Below the pieces are notes generated by a model. The model was not told the DNA's origin. It saw nothing but the letters and a program-made list of their open reading frames with translations, and ran no database searches. DNA of 64,000 nucleotides, taken from Selaginella moellendorffii. Taxonomy: Eukaryota; Plantae; Lycopodiophyta. Location of the stretch: NCBI RefSeq assembly GCF_000143415.4, contig NW_003314295.1:248001-312000 (forward strand), written 5' to 3'. A program made the position numbers and the translations under genes. Of this stretch, positions 1-12,000 are shown piece after piece; the stretch's first letter is position 1; each line of letters starts with the position of its first letter.

Positions 1-71
1 GCCAACTGCTGAAGATTGCACCCTACCTCACCAATCAGCTCATTGATCTGACATCTGCACCGACCAACACT

Positions 72-3000
72 TTGACAGACTCGTCCACACTCAACTCGAC
101 ACAGACAGCTGTTGACACATTTCGCACCGAGATTCAACCAGGCGATTGTGACAATGATGTTCCGACAATTGACCTACGACTTGACAAACACCTTGTTCGA
201 GGAGCCATAATTGACGGTGGCTCCAGCATTAATATTATTGAAGAAAGTCTTGTTCAACAACTCAACATCGGCCCAGTGCACCCAGCACCTTTCAATGTCC
301 GAATGGCCGACCACCGATCTGTTCAACCCAAAGGCATCATCCAAAAAGTCAACACCACCATTCAAGGCATTGTAATACCAGTCAACTATGTCGTCCTCAA
401 ACTACTGGAGCAGACCGACAGATTCTCCTCGGTCGACCTTGGCTCCAAACTGCCCAAGTTTATCAAGATTGGCCCAATGACAATCTTATCCTTCGCGGAC
501 CAGACAGACCGACAACTGTGTCGACAAAAGCGACTAAATCACTGTCCAGCCACAACCGACCTATTGACTTGGAAGAATATAATCTCAAAGATGGCCTCGA
601 CGACTATCAAGAACAACAAATTCTCAAAGCCTACCCCGATCTTGAACCTTTGGCCGAGATCGACCTGTTTCGAATCATCGCAGACTTCCAACGAGAACGA
701 CCCCCGATTACATCAGCACTGAAAAATCCAGTCACTCGAGATACAAAACTCGAAGCGCCACTGGCATTCACAGTCGACAAGCACAACAAAGTTGCCTACA
801 TTCCATCCATTCCAGCCGACCAAAAACTCGAAAAAGTCAGCCTTGCCGACGACGGCAACGAACACTACATTGTACTCGCCACTGACATCTCGGCAAGTTT
901 TCGAGACAAAGGCATCAATCTTCTCCGAAAGAAGAAACACTTGTTCGCTTGGAGTTATCGAGACCTTAAGGGAGTTTCACCAAAACTCAGCCTTCACACC
1001 ATCACCCTTCTTCCAGACTCAAAACCAAGAAGACAAGCAGCCTACTGGATGAATCCGAATCTGATGGAACAAGTAAAGAAAGAACTCGACAAGCTTCTCC
1101 AAGTCGAGTACATCTACCCAATTCAGAATCCGATATGGCTTTCACCACTGGTGGTTGTGCCAAAGAAAAATGGCAAACTTCGAATCTGCGTCAACTATAA
1201 ACAGCTCAACGGCGCCACCGAAAAAGATGTCTTCCCGATACCATTTACCGACGAAGTTCTTGACGCAGTCGCCGGACATGAAATGTATTCCTTCCTCGAT
1301 GGTTTCTCCGGCTACAACCAAATTCACATCGCCGAAGAAGATCAGCACAAGACAGCATTCATCAGTCCATGGGGAGCCTATGCCTATCGACAAATGCCTT
1401 TTGGACTCTGCAACGCCCCATTCACCTTCCAAAGGCTTGTCACCAACACTTTCCGAGACTACCTCACTGACTTCATGAGAGTCTTCATGGACGACTTCAG
1501 CATTTTCAGCTCGGAAGATCGACATCTTGAATGCCTGGAGAAATGCCTCAACAAGTGCGAGGAGAACAACATAGCACTCAACCCCGACAAATGCGCTTTC
1601 TATGTCAAATCTGGAGTACTTCTCGGCCACATCTGCAAAGACGGCATTCTCATCGACAAGGACAAAGTTGACGTCATCTCCAAACTCGAACCGCCGAAGA
1701 ATCAGAAAGAACTTCGGTGCTTCCTCGGCAAAGTCGGATATCACCGACGATTCATCCACAAGTATGCTCACATCGCCAAACCACTCACCGATGGACTGAA
1801 ACAAGATGCCCAATGGACATGGACGTCCGAACAGCAACAAGCATTCGACAATCTCCGACTCAAACTAACAACAGCACCAATCCTTGCCAAACCCGACTGG
1901 ACACAAGAGTTCCACATTCATGTTGACACTTCCGACGTCGCCACTGGTGCAATTCTCAGCCAAACTCAACACGACAACCGAGATCAACCGATCTACTACG
2001 CCAGCTGACTACTCAACCCAGCTGAACGAAATTACACCACCACCGAGAAAGAAGCTCTTGGTATGATCTACTCACTTCAGAAGTTCCGACACTACATACT
2101 GTCAACCAAAGTCGTCCTTTTTGTCGACCACAAGGCACTCCTTTACCTCATCAACAAGCCGATACTATCTGGTCAAATATCAAGATGGTTCCTTTTACTA
2201 CAAGAATACAACTTCGAGATTGTCCACAAACCCGGCAAAAATCATGAGCAAGCAGACTATCTCAGCCGGATCACCACCGGCGACAAACCCGAAATACTTA
2301 CCGACAACTTACCCGACTCAAACCTATTCCGAGTTTCAATACCAGCAACCTGGCTCGATGACGTCTTCAGTTACCTCAACTCAGCAAAAGTTCCAGATCA
2401 GTACACTACGTCCGACCAAAAGAAGACTTTTGTTGCTAAAACCTGACGATACTCAATCATTGGAGGCACTCTCTACAAACTCGGAATTGACAACATTCTT
2501 CGCCGATGCATCAAGCAGCCAAACACAACTCAAATCATCAAGGAAGCTCATGATGGACCTTCCAGCAGACACTTTGCCGCTGACACCACCACTCGGAAGA
2601 TTCTTCAAGCCGGCCTCTGGTGGCCAACACTCTGGCACGACATTGAAGAATTCTGCAAACGCTGCGACACATGTCAAAGACACCGATTACCACCAAAAAC
2701 TTAGACTCAACAACTCAACCCAACATTCCCAATGGCACCATTTCAGAAATGGGGACTCGACTTTGTCAGACCCCAAGTCAGCACCCGTCGACGAAATCAG
2801 TACATCATCATCGCCACAGATTACACTACCAACTGGGCCGAAGCAATACCTCTCCGACATGCCACAGCGAAAGCAACAGCAACCTTCATCTATGAAAATA
2901 TCATCACTCGTTTCGGCACACCACTCAAACTCATCACTGACAGAGGCACCCACTTCATCAACGAAACAATCGAATATCTCGCCACCAAGTTCAAAATCCA

Positions 3001-3603
3001 ACACAAAACGTCAACACCATACTATCCTCAAGGCAACGGTCAAGCAGAAGCAACAAACAAAACACTGAAGACCATCCTCAAAAAAGTCATCAACGATTCC
3101 AGCAAAGACTGGGACGACAAACTTCTTGACGTACTTTGGGCCTATCGAACTGCGTATAAAGTCACCACCAACATGACGCCATTCAAACTCGCCTTCGGAA
3201 CAGAAGCCATCACGCCAATCGAATTCATCGTCCCAAGCATGCGAGTCACCGTCAAGTATAATCTCGACACCCGACATGCAGTTTGAGAAAGGCTTCAGCA
3301 ACTCGAACATCTCGACGAACTCTGACTCAATGCCCTCTGGACACTTCACGCCATCCAAAAACAGAGAAAAGCTCAGCACAACCGACAAGCATCCCGGCAT
3401 AACATTCCCAAATACAGCGTCGACGATCATGTTCTCTGGTACCGAGGACCCATTGGCAAACTTGGCCGAAACTCCACACCAACTAGCAAGGACCTTTCAA
3501 AATCATTGAACTATACCCCAATGGCACCGCCAAAGTCAGCACACTCGCTGAAGACTTCACTGAGATCGTCAACCTCAACAAGCTTCGACCATATCACGTC
3601 GAC
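72..3603 (+). pseudogene. Decayed pol polyprotein (protease, RT, RNase H, integrase)
   Basis: ORFs 518-2008, 2063-2446 and 2732-3286 share one frame and are separated by TGA stops. Frameshifts occur near 410 (ILLGRPWL lies in the RT frame) and near 3470 (just before the GPF motif). Confidence 0.92.
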
Positions 3604-6009
3604 ATGTTCAGCATCAGCACATCAGCAAATTTCCAACCCAAACCGACAAACACCCCAACACCAACAATCGACAATCACCCCGGCAGACAAAGTTTAACTC
3701 AAATCAGTTCGACACAACTCAACTCGACTCAACACGAACTCATCCACCAACTTCAGCAACAAACAGAAGCAAAAATATATAAGTCCCAAGCCACCGTTGG
3801 ATCAATGCCACCTGAGCAAATATCAACAGTTGAACTTGAGTTAACTTCATCAACAATATCCACCATTGATTTGCAATCAAGCCAAATCAAACCACATCAA
3901 TTCCGTCAACAAATCTCTACCGTTCATCACCAGCAATCGAGCACCGCACGATCAGCCAACCAACAGTTACGGGTCTCAAGAACCCTAATGGGGCGAGCAC
4001 TTCGATCACAGAAAATGAAGAGAAAGATGCCAGCTCATCCACCCCGGCGCCTCAGATACGTCATACACCATATTCCTAGGCTTCCTAGCAACGACACAAC
4101 CACCTGGCTCAAGGACCACGGATTCGAGCTCCTCCACAAGGCCTTTTCAACACACCCTGATCAAAAACTAGCGAGGAAACTGGCCGCCTCCTTCAACACC
4201 AAGAACAGCACCATAACTGACGGCACCAACGAGATCACCCTCAGCCTAGCAAGAATCACCTCTGTTTTCAAAATCTCCAACAAGGGACTGCTCAAATTTT
4301 CAGGAGAAGTTCCAGAGCAAATCATCAAGGCCAATCGAGAAATTACCGGTGAGCTCACATGGGAGGACATCGAGGAGCAGCATATGGATCGCCTCAAAGC
4401 CCTCCTTCTCTACTACGAACTTCGCCCAACAGATCGCACCATCAGCAAGCGCACAGCAGAAGTCTACGGAGCTCTACTCGACGGCAAATGTGTGAACGTG
4501 GCTCATCATCTCCACGAACTCCTTCTCAAGCTTCTCGACCGCGCCGTCCTCACCACACTCAACAAGAAGACCATGCGGACAGTAATCTTCCCACTGCTCA
4601 TCGCTCTACACCAAGCTCTTCCCAACAAGCTACCATGGACAACCCAAACAAACTCCACAGAACAAAGCGACAGTTCTGAAGAACACTCAGAATCAGAAGG
4701 AGCAACTCCTAGCAAGAAACCAAAACCAGCATCTCAACAATCAGGCTCAACTCACTCCAACAACACCAGCTCCAGCAACAAACACTCCAACAATTCAACT
4801 CCACTTCGCCGCCGCCTCACACACAAAACACCAACGAATCCAGCTCCAAAACAGCTGATCCGACAGCACCTCGTCATCAGCGACAATAAAGACAACTCAC
4901 ACCAGTTTCCACACTCACCCCAGAGCCCAAATCCACTCAAATCAGCCCCAAAACCGACAACTTCTCACAAACACATCAACATCGCCAAAGCAAAACATCA
5001 GCTGCTCACCCAGAACTCAGTTTCTCCACCAGCTGAGAACAACATTCTCACCGCCCCAACCTCCTCAACACGTTCCACAAAAGAAAACATTGACTACCTT
5101 CGCCAATCACTTGCAGAACACGGAACCATGCCTACTCCAGCAAATGCCACGACCAGCATTAACAAAACTTCTGCCCCTTCAACAAAATTCTAAGAGAAAA
5201 ATTTGCCAATGGATACATTAATTTCAGCGCCACATCTAGGCCGTTCGTCCAGCATCAAACCAAAAAGCTCCTCTCCACCCACCTCAAAGAATCCGGCCCA
5301 ACCACGTCACCCACATCCAACGAAGCAGATTAAGCCTCCAGCAACTTCAACTCCCGGCAAGAACACAGCGAACCCTAGCGAGATACACCAGGATCACGAA
5401 GTAGGAGCAGGAGCAGCAGCCATGCCTCAGCCACAGAGTCAGGTACGCCGTGATTACGATGAGATCAGGAAGGAATACGAGGATAAACTCCGCGACCCAA
5501 GCTACTGCACCCGTAAGTTGTTTGAAGCCCTCGATCAACGCATGTACCGCGAGCAAGCGAACCAATTCCCAACACCATCCGACATCGCACAGCATCTTCT
5601 CAAGCAAGATTCCTTCATATACACCTAGGGAGCAGTCAAGAAGGAGTTTTACGAGCCTTTAAACCACCGACTGGACACTCAGCTCGAGGAGATGAAGCAA
5701 ATCTGCACTGACCTCCGGGACATCAGGAAGATCGTCTCCAAGCAGCCATCAACCCCATCAGCAGCTCACGAATTCACCTACAAATTTAAATATGAAGAGC
5801 TCAACACCCACTACTGGAAGCTCAAGGATGATCATACTGCCCTCCTGGCTGAGGTAGCCGACCTCCAGGAAGATGGGACAGATCCACCAGACAGTGTCCC
5901 CAACCACGAGCTTACACTCCCATAGCAAAAACGTCGCCTCTATCGACTGGAGCAACAGCAGCAACAAGCGATGGAGACTCACTATGTTCGCACTGAGGAC
6001 GGTGTCTAG
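3604..6009 (+). pseudogene. Extra 3' ORF of the Gypsy element: a globular domain resembling Athila/Tat 3'-ORF plant transposon proteins, then an S/P/T-rich linker and a helical tail
   Basis: ORFs 3604-5193, 5203-5628 and 5692-5925 are in one frame, broken by single TAA/TAG codons. The segment LARKLAASFN...EITLSLARITSVFKISNKG resembles retrotransposon extra-ORF domains (recognised by eye). Confidence 0.65.
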
Positions 6010-6149
6010 TTCTGTCAGGGGAGCAGAGTGTCCCAACCAAAAACAAGGTTCAGGGGACTCCGACTTTGAACCCAAGGCTGCATCGGAGCCATAGATTAAA
6101 TCATGCACAGTATATAGTATATGTTAGCAATTAGAACCACTAGCCTTTC

Positions 6150-6160
6150 AAAGGGGGGAA
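6150..6160 (+). promoter_or_regulatory. Polypurine tract of the first Gypsy element
   Basis: AAAGGGGGGAA about 140 bp after the extra-ORF stop. Confidence 0.65.
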
Positions 6161-6513
6161 TCCAAATTGTGGATCCCTATCTCCATTCCATCGTTTCTCT
6201 TATCAATACACAGCATTCTTTTACTCGTGCTTCTTCTCTACCCTTGGAGATCGGGCCCTTTTCTCTTTTATTTTCTTACTAACAATAGATTTCCAGGGAA
6301 GAGGAGTTTTCACACCTCTTCATAAGGCGTGGTGAGTTGAGGGGTATAGGGACACCTATATTCCGTTGTCATGGGCTCTTGGCCGGGGAGGCTAACTTAG
6401 GCACACCGCTAAATGGGGGAATGCCCCCGGAGACATGGTCAACAAGTCATAGGATAAAAAAAAAAAAGAGACGTTCGATGTAGGCATTGAACTTCTTCTA
6501 TGAGTGGTAGAGT

Positions 6514-7357
6514 TGTAAGGAACCGACTCCCCAAGATGTCGTAGGCTAAAGGATCCCCGAAAGCATGACCGAAATGACAAAGAGTTCATCGGATGGGACC
6601 GAGTCGAAGATCAAGTCCAAGACCGACTCTGAGACCGAGTTCGAGATAGAGTCCGGGATCGAGCCCGAGGCCGAATCGGAGACCGAGTTTGAGACCGAGT
6701 TCAAGATAGAGTCCGAGATCCAAATCGGGTCCAAGACCGAGTCTGAGGTCGAGTCCAAAGTCAAGTCCGAGATCGGGTCCGAGATCGAGTCCGAGATCGA
6801 GTCCGAGACCGAGTCCAAAGTCGGGTCCGAGATCGAGTCCGAGATCAAGTCTGAGACCGAGTCCGAATACTAATACGGGTCAAGGGGTGAAAGCCCAAAG
6901 CGTGCATCTCCCAGGGGGGGGGCTGCAGGGGGTTCCAAAAGTATAGTAGGGATAGTGAGGTCTAGAAACCAGTCTTGAAGGAACTCTCCAGTGGTGCTTC
7001 CAAACTGACTTGAGGTTGAGACTGGGGCCGAGGGGCCTTGGGTGGGAGTGAGTATGGGCTTGGGTGGTGCCAGAGGGGTCACTCAGGGAAGTGCTCAAGA
7101 GCAGCTCCCACTCCCGAAAGGGAAACCGACTGTGGTGCTCCCGGCTCATGTGGAGTGGTGCCCCACTTGAGTACCTTGTGGCTCATTGATCCTCGCCCTT
7201 CCTAGGGGCTTGGGCCTTCCCTTCGGGATGGAAGTGGGGTGGTAGAGGTACCCATACCAGGCCGTTAGGCCACGGTGTTTTGCCCCGATGTCCCAAAACA
7301 AGTGTTACACCCAAGGCTTGGGATTTAGAGGGTCTCATGATCAAGTCTTGTTGTAAC
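6514..7357 (+). mobile_element. LTR (family A) preceded by a PPT-like tract; right end uncertain
   Basis: Starts TGTAAGGAACC directly after ...TATGAGTGGTAGAGT, homologous to the tract flanking the LTR at 32023. Its first ~400 bp are homologous to 33070-33488. TATA-like CCAAAAGTATAG near 6935. Confidence 0.65.
6597..6868 (+). repeat. Hexamer tandem array (GAGTCC/GAGATC/GAGACC) inside an LTR
   Basis: Directly visible 6/12-bp periodicity, which produces spurious E/S-rich ORFs. Confidence 0.9.
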
Positions 7358-9063
7358 AAGGGGTGTTAGGAACCTGGAGGCTTGGTGTGCTTGGCTGCTT
7401 GTGCCTGCGGGGAGTGTAGCCGAACCTTAAGTCCAATCTAACCTGGGGAGGGGGATTGGGAGAGATTTGGGAATCCGTGGATGGATGGCTAACGCTCTGT
7501 TGCTCGTGCAGTGAGTAGCTGAAACCAAATAGGACCAAGCAGGAGCTGGTACAATATGCGGGAACCTTAGCGAGGGAACTTAGCACAAGCCAAGGTAGTG
7601 TTGGTCGGATAGACGAGGTAAGCTGGCAAATTGGAAAGGAAAAATTTATGGCTTACAAAAAGGCTATGCCTATGTTGTGGGTGATGTTATGAACATAACT
7701 GGTTCTTGAGCCAATTCAACCATGGGGCAAGAAATTCATGCCAATCACGAATTCTACTACTTACGTAGATATTCTGGCTAGATTCCAACGGCAGGCTGAA
7801 TTTTATACTAATAGACAATGACAATATCAAGGTTAGCATCAGTAATTTTTGCTGGCTGAAACCATGCTATGTGAAACCATTGTAGGAATTCAAAGATGCT
7901 TACGATGTCGTCAACTATGGAACAACAAAACTGTCAGCAACTTCCTTCGAGCTCCCAAGTTACAAGCTGGTGATATAGACTTGAGCTAGAGAATTCTGAG
8001 GATCTTGATCAATACTGGCTTCTAAAGGTAATGGAGCCAGTTCAAAAACTGCACCAAGAAGTAACAGGAATATAAAAGGATGATTTTACTTAACTAAAGT
8101 TATCTTGTGATAATATATATTAAGAACAAACATTTTTTCTTAAGCAAACTTGTAAGGGGACTGAGATAATAGTGAATATATCTAGAATATATTTAAATAT
8201 TCTAAGATATTCTACTATCTAACACTTGCTATTCATTTAGATTAATCTTGTATTTATAATTTATAAACTTTCTTAAACCCTTTCTAATATATTCTTTTTT
8301 ATTCTATTATCTAATGGTTGAGATGCAACAAGATTAATCTTGTGTTTGTAAACTACAAATATGCTTATAACTATAAACTTTATTTGATCAATTAGATTAA
8401 TAAGTAAGAATAACACTACTATTAAGTAAACAAAACGTTACTATATGTAATGTGTAGCAATTTATATATATTGAAAACAAACATTATTTTTACTTTTCAT
8501 ACCACTTGCAGATAAATAATTATCTTTGAACAAGGTTGTTTAGATTAAGTGTTTTATTTATTCCAAAATTGGGTTAAAAAGTGGAGTTAAAATATTTTAA
8601 GTCAGCTAATAATTATAATAATATAATTAATTAATTATTAATATCTGTTTATCTATTTATTTTTTCTTTTAAAAAAGTATGAAACTATATATAGTAGATA
8701 AAAAGTTTATTAATTAAAATATACTAATTATGTGATTATATTGAGCTTGAAGCAAGAGGAGCAACTGCATGCTGCCCGAGCTCCCAAAACCGCGAGACCC
8801 CAAACCATCAACCCCTTCTCGTTTCGATTCCCCCTGCCAGCCCTAATTTCGTGGCATATTCTCCCGCGTGAGGCGGAATATTCTAAAAGTACACATTCGA
8901 AAAAAAAAAAACCCCAGCCTTTTGGCTGGTAATATAATACAAAGAAAACTGTACATTCTCTTCATTGTAAAAAATGTTGTGATGCCCCTGGAGCTATCGT
9001 TATGGGGGCAGCACCGAGTTTCTTCGTTCTTTAGAATTTCTTCCATGAAAACCAGTCGATCGA

Positions 9064-12000
9064 TCATCGGTTCTGGAAGTTGAAAACTTTGATGCAGATG
9101 GCGAAGCACACCGCGAAGACGACGACGAGGCCGACGTGAACTCCGGCCACGACGCCCAAGAAGTCGTGCCTGAACCCAAAGTAGGACCTCAAGAAGCGCT
9201 CCACGGTCGTCTCTTCGCCGTCGGCCCGGAACAACGGCGTGGTGACATCTCCGAGCTGAGACGTGAGGAGGCCGTAGAGAGACCACGCCGGTGGCGAGGC
9301 CCAGTAGTACCACCTCCACCACACTGGAATCGCCTGAGAGACAAACCAAAGTGTTAGGGAATCGCAAAAGAAATGTGTGGAATTCATGAACTTACGGGTC
9401 GAGGGATGATGAAGCCAGAGAACAGGTTCCAGATTCCGTAGAATGCCGAGGATACGATGGTTGCAATCTGGTCGTTGGGTGTCAGCGCCACCGTCACCAT
9501 GCCGTAGAGCGTGTAGTAGAGGAACGTCATGTACAAGAAGAAGAGGAACCACAAGAACTTGGCTGCTGTCCATTCCAGCTGCATCGTCGCGTACACAATG
9601 AGTCCATACGCGAAGGCTTGCACGAACACGTAGGGAATCTCGATCAGGACCTGGACGCACGGAGTTTTCCTTGATGAGTCAAACGAAATCTGAAGAGTCG
9701 GATGTATGCTTTACCTGAGCAAAAGCATATGGAAGGGGAGAGTACATTCCAGCGGCTCTTTCTCGATAGTAGACCGTTCGCTCGATAGCAACGACTGGCT
9801 GCACTCCTGATGAATTGCTGAACCCAATGAAGAGCACAGCAGCGTATATAGATCCCATCAGATTAAAGAGGTCTTGTTCTCGTGATCTGCTCACGAGAGA
9901 AAGGCAGGAGTCAGAACCAACGCTCGATTGAACTACACAGCGTTTACCTTTTGGAGCCGATGTCCCAAAACATTGTGCCAAATATTATCGCGACAACCAA
10001 GGTGAAGAACATGCGAACCAGAACGTAGTATGGATTTTTCCAGTATGACTGATGTTGTTTCCACAAGCATCCCATGACCTGTCCGAGGAACGACAGAGGG
10101 TATTGCGTTGGAAACCATATGTCCTCCGTGCCGGGAACCGGAGTGCTCAGCTGAGTAATAATAGCTTCATTGTGCCTAGACACACCAGTGGTTTAGCCAA
10201 GAAAGAGATAATGGTCAAGTGTGCTTACTGGTAGACTGAAGAAGTTTTATAGATGTCCGCAAAATCTACTCCCAGACGATTCTCCACGTCTGCAGCGGTA
10301 ACCTCTAACATCCATGTAGCTGGATTGTATCCTTCTCTTATGTTAGGAACACCGCTAATACCCTGGGGAAATTAATCCATATAAATCATCTCAAGTCTGC
10401 AAGAACAAAGCAAGCGACTTACCTGGAAGTATTCAACAAGTTTGTGCGAGTTCTTTCCCAAGGAACCTGCGTAGATAACGCGCCCTCCGCGTTTCATCAA
10501 CAGAAGCTGGAGAAAGCAGGCAGGTTTTCAAGAGAGTTTGCAAGGTAATAATCGCGTACCTCATCGAAGGCCTCAAAAATGTCAATGCTAGGCTGATGAA
10601 TGGTGCAGACGACAGTGCGACCGGTGTCGACAGTGTTCCGGACCGTTCTCATGACAATTGCTGCCGCTCGTGCATCCAGTCCGGAAGTTGGCTCGTCCAT
10701 GAAAATAATTGAAGGATTTGCAACGAGCTCCACGGCAATTGTCAGTCGTTTCCGCTGCTCGGTCGAAAGTCCATCAACTCCAGGGAGACCAACCATCGCA
10801 TCCCGGAGAGGGTTAAGCTCTACAAGCTCCATAACTTCTTCCACAAACATCTGTTCCAAAACTCATCTTAGCAAACTTGACTACGAAAAACATCTCTCTC
10901 CTTACCTTTTTCGTCCCCTTATCAATGTCATCCGATAGTCGGAGCCAAGCAGAATAAACAAGTGACTCGTACACTGTAACGTTGGGTGAATGAATGTCAG
11001 TTTGTTCGCAATAACCCGAAATCCTAGCAAAAGTAGCCTGGTTTTTGGGATAGCCGGAGATGCGAATGTCGCCTTCAATGTAGCCACCAGTTTTACGCCC
11101 GGCTAAAACATCCATGAGAGTTGTCTTTCCAGCACCGCTTACACCGACAAGAGCCGTGAGAACTCCAGGCCTGAAGCTACTGCTTACGTCGTGCAGCAAC
11201 TGTAATCTATTTTCTGTCACGCCTTGTTGCTTCATTTCCTGTTCCAAGTGCATTAGAACTCAATATCCTACAAAGGAAATGCGTAAAAGCATACCGCGGG
11301 CATGTCAACGTAGTAGTTAACATGATTGAATGACATTGCTAAAGGTTGAAACGGGAGTATCATTCCCCTTTTAGAATCGGCACCCATTCGACCAGACGTA
11401 AGCTCCAAATCTCCTGGCATTCGATGTTAGACCATATAATGAAATTTGTGATGGCGCCATTACCTGCATTAGAAGATCTGCCCGATCGCTTTGATTTTGC
11501 ACGCACTGATCTTTCTGAGACTTCGCCGGTGCGGTTCACGTTTTGCTCTTCTAGTATTTCCTCAGACACTACGGCCTGCGGGTTTCCAGGAGCTGTTTAA
11601 ATAGAAAAAATGAGTACCTACATGGAGAAAAGAAATAGATTTCTACGTACCGCTGAAGTAAGCGAGTGCCAAAGTGAAAACAACGTTGAAGAAAATGGCA
11701 TAAGCCAACTGAGCACCAGTTCCAAGCCAATACCAGTTTTTATTGGGGAACAGGCCTCGAGACTCTAGAACTTGGTTGCCAATGGTGGTGGTCTGATTGG
11801 CATTTTCGAGAATCTGCCATCTTGATGCACTGAACTCGTTCACGGCAAGCGCATTCTGTGCGTACATCATGGGCGACGACCAATATCCCCAAATCCACCA
11901 AGGTTCAACGTCCTCTGGAAATTAAAGACCATTATAAGTTGTGCTACCTGAGTATAGTCAATGGATTACCTCTAGAAAGAAGAAAACCACCGAGGACAAG

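Larger units (their letters stand above)
1..6160 (+). mobile_element. Ty3/Gypsy LTR retrotransposon, non-chromovirus (Athila/Tat/Selgy-like), internal region; gag and 5' LTR lie outside the window
   Basis: Domain order PR (IDGGSSINII) - RT (WLSPLVVVPKKNGKLRICV...FLDGFSGYNQI...MPFGLCNAP...FMDDF) - RNase H (HVDTSD, DHKAL) - integrase (CxxC, WGLDFV, TDRGTHF, PQGNGQAE, GPF). A purine tract follows at 6150-6160. Confidence 0.93.

Noticed and set aside
1142-1840. 232-aa minus-strand ORF
   Set aside because: Antisense shadow of RT.
6546-6873. E/S-rich and D/S-rich ORFs (also 31046-32007 and 33121-33435)
   Set aside because: They are by-products of hexamer arrays in LTRs, open in several frames and on both strands.
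7600-8100. Possible gene fragments
   Set aside because: No recognisable motif or consistent exon chain.
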